From the NCBI GenBank assembly GCA_051294375.1, contig JBJCIZ010000744.1, forward strand, positions 686,264 to 750,263: DNA of 64,000 nucleotides, in the 5' to 3' direction. Positions 30,548 to 41,000 of this stretch are shown one piece after another. The notes below the pieces were generated by a model. The model was given only the letters and a program-made list of their open reading frames with translations. It was not told the origin of the DNA and ran no database searches. Positions within the stretch are counted from its first letter, which is position 1, and the number at the start of each line of letters is the position of its first letter. Made by a program: the position numbers and the translations under genes. The stretch comes from Paraspadella gotoi (taxonomy: Eukaryota; Animalia; Chaetognatha).

Positions 30548-31109
30548 TTTCAAAGAGAAGAATGAGAAACTCGAAAACAAGGAATGAAATCCGAGTGAGG
30601 ATTGGACAAATGACGACGAAGAAAGACGAGAATAACCAAGAGCGCAGATACGACTGGTAAGGATACAAAGCGGATGAATAGAGAACAAATATGATTGCGG
30701 GAAATTGCGAGAAAAACATAAGAACAACCAACTCTTAAGTTTTTTGGAAAATAAGAAAAAAACCATCATATCGTTATCAAAAAAATTTTTGGTGAGAATT
30801 TATTTTTTATTTAGTAAAAATAAAAAAAATTTAATAAAAATAAGGAAATAATAAAGAAGGAAATAAAGAAAGGGAAAAAAAAGAGAAAAAAAGAAAAATA
30901 AAGAAAAAAGAAAAGAGAAAAGAAAAGAAGAGAAGAGAAGAGAAGAGAAGAGAAAAGAAAGAAAAAGAAAAGAAAAATAAGGAAATAATAAAGAAGAATA
31001 AAGAAAGGGAAAAGAGAAAAAAAAAAAAGTAAAGAAAAAAGAAAAGAAAAAGGAAAAGAAAGAGGAAAGAAAAGAAGAGAAAAGAAAGAAAAGAAGGAAA
31101 AGAGTAAAC

Positions 31110-32936
31110 TCAAACGGAAGGGAAATCAATCCTCAAGAGCGTCTCGACGTCGACGTGTTGCCCGTTGGAGCATTGGACAAAAACCTCGTCCAATTTATTC
31201 TCAGAAATCCCGAGATGATAGATGTCGCTGTAGGAGAGAATTACGGGTTTCGCCTCCATGACGGTGAGGTACCCATCTTGATCAGTATCCTTGAGATACA
31301 AAGCGTTGGCCATTTTCGCGAAGCCGTCCGTCCACTCGGAATCTCTGTCAGACTCTTGGATCCTCTTCATCAACTTCATGGTCATGGTGCCGTGTGGGTC
31401 GACGGTATTTTTTGGTTGATAAAATTGAAAAGTCCCAGCGTCGAATCCTTTATCCGCGATTCCGAAAAAGTCCGAATCCGCCATCGTGCCTTGTGCAATA
31501 ACGGCTCTTGTCCCGTATTGACTCTCGTTCGAAGAAAAGAAGCCTTTCCGATAAAATATCACCGCGACGACGACGGTCAATATCATGAGAAAGAACGTCC
31601 CTCCCCCAAGCAACAGCAGCCCGTCATTGCTGTCGATGAAGGAGCCTTCGGAGTCGCCTCTCTCCCGTCGAGGATTCTCATCGCTCTGCATGTGAGGGAC
31701 GGTCACATGGACGATCTCTCCTCGGGCGTCGATGAGTCCCGAGATCTTGAGGGTCACCTTGAGCGAGTCCTTTCCATATTGATCCGGGTCCAACTCCATG
31801 GCGACTCGGACTCCATTGGGAATCTTCTTCGCCAGTTCCATCCTCTGCCGTTGGATGAAGTCGTCGTCCACGTACCACGAGATGTTGGAGCTCGGCGGCA
31901 CCGGATTCACGTGGACGTCGCAGACGACCTTCGTGACGCCGACGACCCTCTCCGCGTCGACGACGAGCGTCTTCGGGCAGACGATGTCGGGTCCGTGGAC
32001 GAAGCGGGCGGCAATGGACTTGGTGACTCGGTCAGGCCCGCCCACTTTGTTTGGAACGACCAGGGTCACGTTGAGATTGGAGTTTCTCACCGAGAGGTGG
32101 TGCCTGGTCAGTTTGAGCGAAGCGACGATCGAATCATCTTTTTGAGTGAAACTCGGAAACTTTCTCCGCTCCTCGTTTTTCTCAAAGATCCAATCGATTT
32201 CGCCGACTTTGGGCAAAGGATTTCCGAAGATCGTGCAGCGGATCATGAAGTGCTCGTCGCTGGGGAGGAAGAGCCTCTCCGACGGACACTCGATCTTCGG
32301 GCGAAACTGGACGTTGAAATCGCCGAAGGAGCAAGACGGCGCCGGGAACGCCGGGTCCCAGTGGGGATGGCGGACGAAACATTGGAGGCGCTTCCCGTGA
32401 TCGGGATGTTTGGCCGTGTAGGAAACGACGGAGCGGAGAGCGTCGGGCGTGGATCGATCTTCGCCCGTCACGGCGTCGTCGTCGAGCGTCCACTCGACGC
32501 GGCCGGCGGCGCCCTTTTCGAATTGATGGACGGGCGACGCGCAGGAGAACTCGAAGTGGTCGTCCTCTTTGAGAGCGCCGAGGGACGGCGAACAGATCGG
32601 CGTCTCAACGACGATGAGGAAATATTCGTTGTCTGTGTTGCAGATGAATTTCCCGGCGTCGGAGGCGAAGACGTTTTTGATGGAAAGAGAAAAGTCGTTG
32701 CCTTTTCGGGAGAAGGAATAGCGAGAGGTGTCGACGCCGGGGAGAGCGACTTCTCCAGCGGCGATGCTTTTGTCGTTCAAACCAGCTTTTTTATTCCAAA
32801 TTGCGATCGCTTCAGTTGTGCAGATAAAATTAACAGAGCCTCCGACAGGAACAGCGACTCTGTAGTTGGCCAAAGCTGACGATGACAGACTTAAAAACGG
32901 CAAAATTGCCGCGATAAAAATATATCGAGTAACCAT
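31110..32936 (-). CDS. Intronless Ig receptor paralogue P3 (608 aa)
   Basis: Single complete ORF with the same domain order and motifs. Confidence 0.92.
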   Translation of the reverse strand: MVTRYIFIAAILPFLSLSSSALANYRVAVPVGGSVNFICTTEAIAIWNKKAGLNDKSIAAGEVALPGVDTSRYSFSRKGNDFSLSIKNVFASDAGKFICNTDNEYFLIVVETPICSPSLGALKEDDHFEFSCASPVHQFEKGAAGRVEWTLDDDAVTGEDRSTPDALRSVVSYTAKHPDHGKRLQCFVRHPHWDPAFPAPSCSFGDFNVQFRPKIECPSERLFLPSDEHFMIRCTIFGNPLPKVGEIDWIFEKNEERRKFPSFTQKDDSIVASLKLTRHHLSVRNSNLNVTLVVPNKVGGPDRVTKSIAARFVHGPDIVCPKTLVVDAERVVGVTKVVCDVHVNPVPPSSNISWYVDDDFIQRQRMELAKKIPNGVRVAMELDPDQYGKDSLKVTLKISGLIDARGEIVHVTVPHMQSDENPRRERGDSEGSFIDSNDGLLLLGGGTFFLMILTVVVAVIFYRKGFFSSNESQYGTRAVIAQGTMADSDFFGIADKGFDAGTFQFYQPKNTVDPHGTMTMKLMKRIQESDRDSEWTDGFAKMANALYLKDTDQDGYLTVMEAKPVILSYSDIYHLGISENKLDEVFVQCSNGQHVDVETLLRIDFPSV

Positions 32937-33522
32937 CTCGGCCTTTGATTAAAAATGAAATGAGGAAAGGAAAGGAAGAATCAATGAAGAGGGGAGATGA
33001 GACCGGTAGAGACGCCTACCGTCGCGGCGTCAAAAATACGACATAAAAGCGATGCTTGAAAGAAAACAAAAGACAAGCGGAGCAGGGCTCGTACAAGAAA
33101 CTTTAAAAAAACATTTTATTCAAAAATGGAGGCCTTTTAAATTTTTTCCAAAAGGAGCGTCATAATTAAATTATTAGAAGATTGGCATCGTTACAAGCGC
33201 AAACAAAACAAAATTAAACAAGTTAAGGAAAAAAAGAAATAAGAGGGATGATAAAAGAGAGGGAGAAAAAAGAAGAAAAAAAGACAAAAAGAAAAGAAAG
33301 AAAAAATAAAACGGAGGAGATAAAAGAGAAAAAAAAGAAAATAAAAAAGAAAAAAGTAATAAAAACAAAAAAAATTAAAAAAGAAAGAAAGAAAGAAAAA
33401 AGAAAACGGAGGAGATAAAAGAGAAAAAAAAAGATAATAAAAAAGAAAAAATTAATAAAAACAAAAAAATTAAAAAAGAAAAAAATAAAGCTTCATTTAT
33501 CACTTACCCATAGAAACTCATT

Positions 33523-35334
33523 TCAAACAACGGAGATCATCCTCAGCAGCGTCTCAACGTCAACGTGCTGTCCATTCGAACATTGAGTGAAAACGTCGTC
33601 TAATTTGTTCTCCGTGATTCCCAAATGATAGATGTCGCTGTAGGACATGACCACCGGCTTCGCCTCCATCACCGTTAGATATCCATCCTGATCAGTGTCC
33701 TTCAAATAGAGGGCGTTGGCCATCTTGGCGAATCCGTCCGTCCATTCGGTGTCCCTCTCCGAATCCTGGATCCTCTTCATCAACTTCATGGTCATGGTGC
33801 CGTGAGGATCAACCGTGTTTCTCGGTTGATAGAATTGAAAAGTCCCAGCGTCGAATCCTTTATCCGCGATTCCGAAAAAGTCGGAATCCGCCATCGTGCC
33901 TTGCGCAATAACGGCCCTGGTTCCGTATTGACTTTCGTTGGACGAAAAAAATCCTTTGCGATAAAAAACAAAGGCGACGACGACGGTGAGAATCATGAGA
34001 AAGAAAGTTCCGCCTCCGAGCAAAACGAGTCCTTTGTTTCCATCGAGAAAAGCCTCGTCCTCTCTTCGATCCCCGCGTCGAATCTTCTCGTCTCTCTGCA
34101 TCTCCCCGACGAGGATGTCCACCTTTCCGCTGGCCACAGTCCGATACCCAGAGATTTTGAGGATGGCCTTGAGAAGGTCCTTGCCGTAGTTGTCGGTCTG
34201 GACCTCGAACTTGGCGATGATTCCGCCGGGGATTTTCTCGATCATGTCCTGTCTTTGTCGCTGGATAAAATCATCGTCCACGTACCACGAGATGTTCGAA
34301 TTGGGCGGAATCGGATTGACGAAGACTCGACAGGCGACCTTGGCCACGCCCTCGTGCTTTTCCTTCACTTCCAGCTTCTCCGGACACGAGACGACGGGGC
34401 CGTGGACGAGCCCCGCCGAGATGGTCTTGCTCACGGTCGACTTAGGATCGAGAGAGTTGGGAACCTTGAGAGTCACGTCGACGTTCGACTCGCGGGCGGA
34501 GAGGTGATGCCCCGTCAGCTTCAGCGTCGCCTCGATGGAATCGTCCGTCGATTTGAAGCTCGTGATCTTGAGCCGTTCTTCGTTTTTGCCGAATTCCCAC
34601 TTGATGGAACCGATCTGAGGAAGAGGATTGGCGACGATGACGCATTTGATGAGAAACTCTTTGTCTTCCGGTTTGAAGAGGAGATTCGAGGGACATCGGA
34701 TTTTCGGTTCGAATTGAACGTCGAGTTTTCCGAAGGAACAAGAAGGTCGAGGGTAGTTGACGTCCCAGTTGGGATGCTCGACGACGCAGCGAAGTTCCTT
34801 CTCTCGATCCACGTATTTGGCGACGTAAGAGAGAGAAGATTTAATAGTATCGGCGTCTGATTCGTCGCCGGCGACGACGACGTCATCGCCGAGAAACCAA
34901 CGGATCTTTCCGGCGTTTCCGGCGCCGGTTTTGTGGGTCGCGGCGGCGCAGGAGAGATCGTAGTGTCGATCTTCTACGACGGATTTCAATTCTGGAGAGC
35001 ATCGAGGTTCACCGACGACGATCAAGTTGAATTTGAAGACGTTGTTGCAGATAAAGTTGCCGGAATCTTCTGGTTTTACGTTTTTAATCGTCATTTTATA
35101 GACGTTTAACTTTTTCTCGAAAATGTAGCGGGAAGAATCGACGTTGGGAAGAATTGAATTTCCCGCGGCTAATAAAGTGCTAGCAACTTTTCCTTCTTCC
35201 ACTTTCGCCCACATCGCGATAGTTTCCGAGTTACAAGTGAAAGAAACATCACCACCGACGGGGAGAGCAATTTCTTTAACGTCCTCACAGAAAATGACTC
35301 CAAAAATGGACAAAGAAATTAGTAGAAAATACAT
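33523..35334 (-). CDS. Intronless Ig receptor paralogue P2 (603 aa)
   Basis: Single complete ORF with the same domain order and motifs. Confidence 0.92.
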   Translation of the reverse strand: MYFLLISLSIFGVIFCEDVKEIALPVGGDVSFTCNSETIAMWAKVEEGKVASTLLAAGNSILPNVDSSRYIFEKKLNVYKMTIKNVKPEDSGNFICNNVFKFNLIVVGEPRCSPELKSVVEDRHYDLSCAAATHKTGAGNAGKIRWFLGDDVVVAGDESDADTIKSSLSYVAKYVDREKELRCVVEHPNWDVNYPRPSCSFGKLDVQFEPKIRCPSNLLFKPEDKEFLIKCVIVANPLPQIGSIKWEFGKNEERLKITSFKSTDDSIEATLKLTGHHLSARESNVDVTLKVPNSLDPKSTVSKTISAGLVHGPVVSCPEKLEVKEKHEGVAKVACRVFVNPIPPNSNISWYVDDDFIQRQRQDMIEKIPGGIIAKFEVQTDNYGKDLLKAILKISGYRTVASGKVDILVGEMQRDEKIRRGDRREDEAFLDGNKGLVLLGGGTFFLMILTVVVAFVFYRKGFFSSNESQYGTRAVIAQGTMADSDFFGIADKGFDAGTFQFYQPRNTVDPHGTMTMKLMKRIQDSERDTEWTDGFAKMANALYLKDTDQDGYLTVMEAKPVVMSYSDIYHLGITENKLDDVFTQCSNGQHVDVETLLRMISVV

Positions 35335-35696
35335 TTTGAGAGAAAATATTAAGAATTCATCGATTAAGTGAAGAAGAATGAAAAGGAGGGGAGATTGAAG
35401 AAAGAGGAGAGCAGATAAGGCAAGTAGAGACCTCTACGGGCAACTAAGGCATTTGAAGGAAATCGTCAACCAACTCGGGAAAACAAAAGATCATCTTACA
35501 AGTAAATTTAACGAAGGCAGCATTTACTCCGAAACACAAATAGGAAATATTTGAAAAATAAAACAAATCTAGAGATATATGTAGAATGAAAACAATTTTG
35601 TAAGTAAAAGATTTAAAAGAAGAAAGAAAGAGAAAGAAAGAAAGAAAGAAAGAAAGAAAAATTAAAAAAAAGAATGAACTTACACATTACGCCTTC

Positions 35697-37516
35697 CTAC
35701 GAAACGGAGATCATCCTGAGCAGCGTCTCCACATCAACGTGCTGCCCATTGGAGCATTGCATGAAGACATCGTCGAGTCGGGTCTCGCTGATGCCGAGGT
35801 GATAAATGTCGCTGTAGGACATCACCACTGGCTTCGCCTCCATCACCGTTAAATATCCGTCCTGATCAGTGTCCTTCAAGTAGAGAGCGTTGGCCATCTT
35901 GGCGAAGCCGTCCGTCCACTCTGAATCTCGGTCCGATTCTGGATCCTCTTCATCAACTTCATGGTCATCGTGCCGTGCGGGTCGAGGGTATTTTTGGGCT
36001 GATAAAATTGAAAAGTCCCAGCGTCGAATCCTTTGTCCGCGACGCCAAAGAAGTCCGAATCTGCCATTGTCCCCTGGGCGATGACGGCTCTGGTTCCGTA
36101 TTGACTCTCGTTGGAAGAGAAGAATCCCTTTCGATAAAAGACGAGAGCGACGACGACGGTGACGATCATGAGGAAGAAGGTTCCTCCGCCCAACAGGAGC
36201 AACCCTTTGTTGCCTCCGACGAAGGAGGCGTCCTCGTCGTCGTCGCGGCGGCGAAACGTCTTCTCGTCTCTCTGCATCTCCCCGACGAGGATGTCCACCT
36301 TTCCGCTGGCGACAGTCCTGTAGCCGGAGATCTTGACGATCGCTTTCAACGCCTCCTTGCCGTAGTTGTCCGTCTGCACCTCGAACTTGGCGAGGATGCC
36401 GCCGGGAATCTCCTCGATCATCTCGCGGCGTTGGCGTTGAATGAAGTCGTCGTCGACGTACCACGAGATGTTGGAATTCGGCGGGACGGGGTTGACGAAG
36501 ATGCGGCACTCGACCTTGGCCAACCCTTCGTCCTTTTTCTCGACCTGGAGCCTCTCCGGACAAGAGACGACGGGTCCGTGGATGAGGCCGACGTCGATCT
36601 CTTTCTCCACAAACTCTTTCTTCCCGCTCAACGCGTTGGGCACCTTGAGGACGAGTTTGAGGTTGGCTTTGCGCACGGAGAGGTGGTGGCTCGTGAGCTT
36701 GAGCGAGGCTTCCACCGAATCGTCCTTGACTTGAAAACTGGTGATTTTGAGTCGTTCGTCGGCGCGGTCGAAGAGCCACTGGATATCACCGACGGCCGGC
36801 AAGGGGTTTCCCTTGACGAAGCATTTGATCAGGAACTGTTTGTCTTCCGGCTTGAAGAGCAGATTGGAAGGACAGCGGATCTTTGGCTCGAACTGAACAT
36901 CGAGTTGGCCAAAGGAGCAAGAAGGAGGAGGGATTTTAGAATCCCAATTCGGATGGAGGATCTCGCAACGCAGCTCCTTGTCGCGGTCGAGATGTTTGGC
37001 GGTGTAGTCGAAGACGGAAGAGACGATTCCATCGACCTCATTGTCTTCGTGAACGATCCTCTCTCCGCCAAGAGTCCACCGCGTCTCGGCGGCGCCGCCA
37101 TGGTCGCCGTGAATCCCGGCGCCGCAAGTGAACCGATAGTGTCGGTCTTCCACCACCGCCTGACGTCCGGCGGGAGAGCATACAGGCGCTTCAATGACGA
37201 CCAGGCGAAATTCAAAGACGTTGTTGCAGATGAAGACGCCGGCGTCGGTGGCGCGGACGGAGGAGACGGTCATGACATAATCGCCGCCATTTTGGGTGAA
37301 GGAATAGCGGGAGGCGTCCACGTTGGGGAGGATTGATGTACCTGCGGCTAACAAGGTTGAAGGTTTTCCGCCTTCTTCAAATTTTGCCCACATAGCTATT
37401 CCCTCAGAGGAGCAAACGAATGAAACATCTCCCCCGACAGGAACGGCCGACTCCTTGGCCGAATCCCCGTTGATTAAATTTGCAGATAAAAACACGAGTT
37501 GCAGAATGAAAATCAT
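35697..37516 (-). CDS. Intronless Ig receptor paralogue P1 (1-nt frameshift at ~35940, probably a sequencing error)
   Basis: ORF 35876-37516 reads to ..MKRIQ and continues in another frame as ESDRDSEWTDGFAK..LLRMISVS*, like its siblings. Confidence 0.85.
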
Positions 37517-38008
37517 TTTGGAAAAATTGTAAAGTCAAAAACCGAAGAAAAGAGACACCGAGCAACGAGAAAAAAGAATGGAAGGAGAAAAGAAATGAAA
37601 GAGTGGAGATAAGACAAGTAGAGGCGCCTTTAGTCGAAAGAAGGGAACCATCACCGACGCACGCTCGGTCGCCGAAAACAAATGAACAGTCAATGTTGTT
37701 TTTGTTTTATGGCGTCAGAAAAAAGTCATGATCTAAACGGATAAAAACGCCAAAAAACAGCCACAAAAAAGAGGAAAGTAAAAAGGAACTTACCCTAATA
37801 TATCCGTTGAGATTAGAGCGCGTCCTTTTTCTGAATAAAAATAAAAAATAAATATAAATCAAAATCAATATATGTATAGATTGATTTTAAAAACTTTTAT
37901 TTTTTTCTGAAATTCCAATAAACTTTTTAATATTCGTGTGAATGATGGCTGAGAGCATTTTCGACATTTTCAATGCAAGATATTGCAGCATCTACTGAAC
38001 TGACCTTT

Positions 38009-41000
38009 CTACCCTTTGGACATGATGTGCAGCATAGTCTCGACGTCGACGAACTCTCCGTTGCTGCACTGAGTGAAGGCGGCGTCCATCTTCTCGTCCG
38101 TGAATCCCAAGTCGTAGATCTGGCTGTAGTTGAGCAGCACCGGCCGCGCCTCCATCACCGTTAGGTATCCGTCTTGATCTGTGTCCTGGGAGGAGGATGA
38201 TGAATTGATGATGATAATGATGTTCAATGAGATGACGATTAAAAAAGTTGTATTTTAAGAAATATTGGACAATGAGTGTTTAAAATTAAAGTTCATTTTG
38301 ATTTTTTTGAAAGCAGACAATTAAAACAATTAAAGTGTAATTTAATTTCTTATTTTATTCAATATAATTAAAACTCACTTTGAGATAGAGAGCGTTGGTC
38401 AATTTGGCGAAGCCGATGGCCCAATCTTCAGACTTGTTCGCAGTTTTCATGTTTTTTATCATTTTCGTCGTCATGGTGCCAGACTAGGAATGAATTATTA
38501 ATAATCAAATATAAATAAATTAAAAAAAAACAACCAAAAACGGAATAAATAAATATAGAGAGATTGGCGTTGTTCCTTTTTCTTCATTTTCACCATTTAA
38601 CGCGAGAGTAAGTTTTCTTCTTTACGTTTATACAATCAACGCCAAAAAATAAACAAAAGGGCAATCCTTTGTTTGAATGTCATTGCAATCACAGGGACAC
38701 AGGGACACAGGGAGTATAATTAGTATTAAAAGTAATCTAATGAGGTTTACTGAGAATTAAAAAAACGATATTTTAAATTTTTAAAATTTTTATCAATTCA
38801 CAGTAAACCTCATAATGAGATAGCATTTAATACTGAAGGGCAATCCACTGCACCTGGGCAAAAGTTGAGCCTCTGAACAACGTTGTCGTTGTAAAGTCGC
38901 CGGCGGGTTCGTTGCCGCTGGGTTTGTGCATCGTCCCAATCTGATAGATCAAGGGAGCATTAAATAGTTAAGAACCAAGATTTAATTATTAATTGAGTAA
39001 TAAATAATATGAATAACCTCGACATCATCGGGGAAGGCGGGAAGTCTGACGATTGGATCTCGTCGCCGTCGACCGAATTTGACCAACGCGATGCAGACGA
39101 TCGTGGTGAGGAGGAGGAGGGTCCCGATGAAGGCGGCCAGGAGAACCACGCCGAAGGGTTCTGGAGGAGGAAGGGGGAGTGGGTGGGGGTTTGAATGATT
39201 TGTTTAGGAGAAAAGAGAAAAGTGAAGATAAGTAAAGGGAAGAGAAGAGAAGAAAAGAGCAGAGAAAAATGAGAATAGGAGAGATAAGAAGATAATTGTA
39301 TAAGTTTTAAAAAAGAAACGTTCAATTTGATGATAAAAGAACATTTAAATACGAAAAGTTGAAAGAAAGAAAGAAAAATGAGTCAAGATAAACGAGAAAT
39401 GTAAAATGACTAAAAAAAAGAGGAAAACATTAAGAGAAAAGAAAAAAGCAAATTAACCGGCGAGCAGACTTTTGTCCCCTTTTCCTCCGCCTCGTTTTCG
39501 ATCCCCTTCGCTCCTTTTGTCGTTGAGTTGAATCGTGGATTTTCCAGGGAGAGTCACCTCCACGTCCTTCGTCGCCACGCTGGGGGCGATGCCCTTCGCC
39601 TGAGGGGGGGAAGTCGGTCGGTCGGTTCGATCAATCGATTTATCAATACTATTCGCTAAGGATATAAAATTAGCACTCATGGGAAATGAGAAGTATCAAT
39701 CAAGCAAGCATTTAATTAGATAATATTTGGAAGATAAAGAAATTAATAAAACATCGGGTGCCTCATGAGCACAATCAACCAATTCCCTTCAATAAATCAA
39801 TAAATCAATCAAATCCTACCCTAAGTTGCACGTCGATGACTTTATTTTCGTAGAGGAGCGGATCGAGCTTGACGCTGACGGTGTGGCCGCCGGCGATATC
39901 CTTCATCAAGTGCATCTGCTGACGCTTTAGCAATTCTCCGTTGACGTACCTAAGAATTATAAACGTTAATTTTTAAAATTATAGGATTCAAAGAATATGA
40001 TTATTGAAAAGAGTGAATAGTAATAATAGTAGTTATCTTTAAAAAATACTTTTAAACTGCCTCAATCTTCTACCACGAGATGTTGTTGGCCGGAATCTGA
40101 GGATTCACGTAAATGTTGCACTCGACCGTCACGGTTCCGTCCTGAAAAATTGTGACGAGGATCACAAGTGAACAAAAGTGAGACTCAATACAATTCACCG
40201 TAGATTATCGCCACTCACGTGATTGAGATTCGGTTTGGCTTTTGAATGACAACCGAATTCGGGCCCGTGAACGTAATTCGCTCGCACGATCTCCGTCTTT
40301 GTTGTCCCTTGAAATTAAAATTAAATTGAATTTAAAATTAAAATTCGGCTCTTTGCCAAGTTAAATTATACAGTATAATGTATATTTCATGATAATTGAT
40401 TAGATTAACTGCATTTTAAAGTTCACCTCTCTTCACGTTGTTGGGGACTTCCAAGGTTAGTTGTACGGCGGTGTTAGTCGGCGACAGAATTCCTTTCTGC
40501 GTAAGCGAAGGGAGAGGAAAGCGAATGAGAAAGTACTTGAAGCATAGGGCGACACAACGCCGTATAATGCAAAAAATACAGCAAAGATGCTGCAAATAGA
40601 ATGCGGCACCGACTCGCTCAAAGATGCTGCCAATAGAATACAGCACCGACTCGCTCAAAGATGCTGCAAATAGAATGCAGCACCGACTCGCTCAAAGATG
40701 CTGCAAATAGAATGCGGCAGCGACTCACGCTGAGATCGATCTCGACGACGACGCGTCCCTCTTCTTCCTTCGTCTTCGCCTTCACGCGTTTCTGATCCTC
40801 GAGAATCCAATAGATGTCGTCCTTGATTTCGGAGAGAGGGTTGCCCGTCTGTACGAACGAAATGCGGACAAAAAGTATTAAAGGTCAAAGAGATAAATAA
40901 ATAGAAAGGGAGGAAAGATTAATTAACGCTTGGAGTAACGGAAGGCACTGTCCGCTAGACACTTACAGGCGTAAAGGATAAATGATAAAGAAATTAAAAT

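Noticed and set aside
19177-33368. Phe/Ser/Leu- or Lys/Arg-rich ORFs (19299-19823, 20559-21143, 30800-31129, 33174-33368)
   Set aside because: Translations of polypurine/polypyrimidine (AAAG)n spacer and intron tracts.
35930-35950. P1 as a pseudogene or programmed frameshift
   Set aside because: A single 1-nt loss with fully conserved sequence on both sides, in an assembly with many indel errors; no slippery site.
21347-37336. Long plus-strand ORFs (e.g. 31155-32879, 35975-37336, 21347-22477)
   Set aside because: Antisense shadows of the GC3-rich minus-strand Ig genes; no recognisable motifs.
40582-40728. CRISPR array (37-bp repeats)
   Set aside because: Head-to-tail repeats with no spacers, inside a eukaryotic intron.
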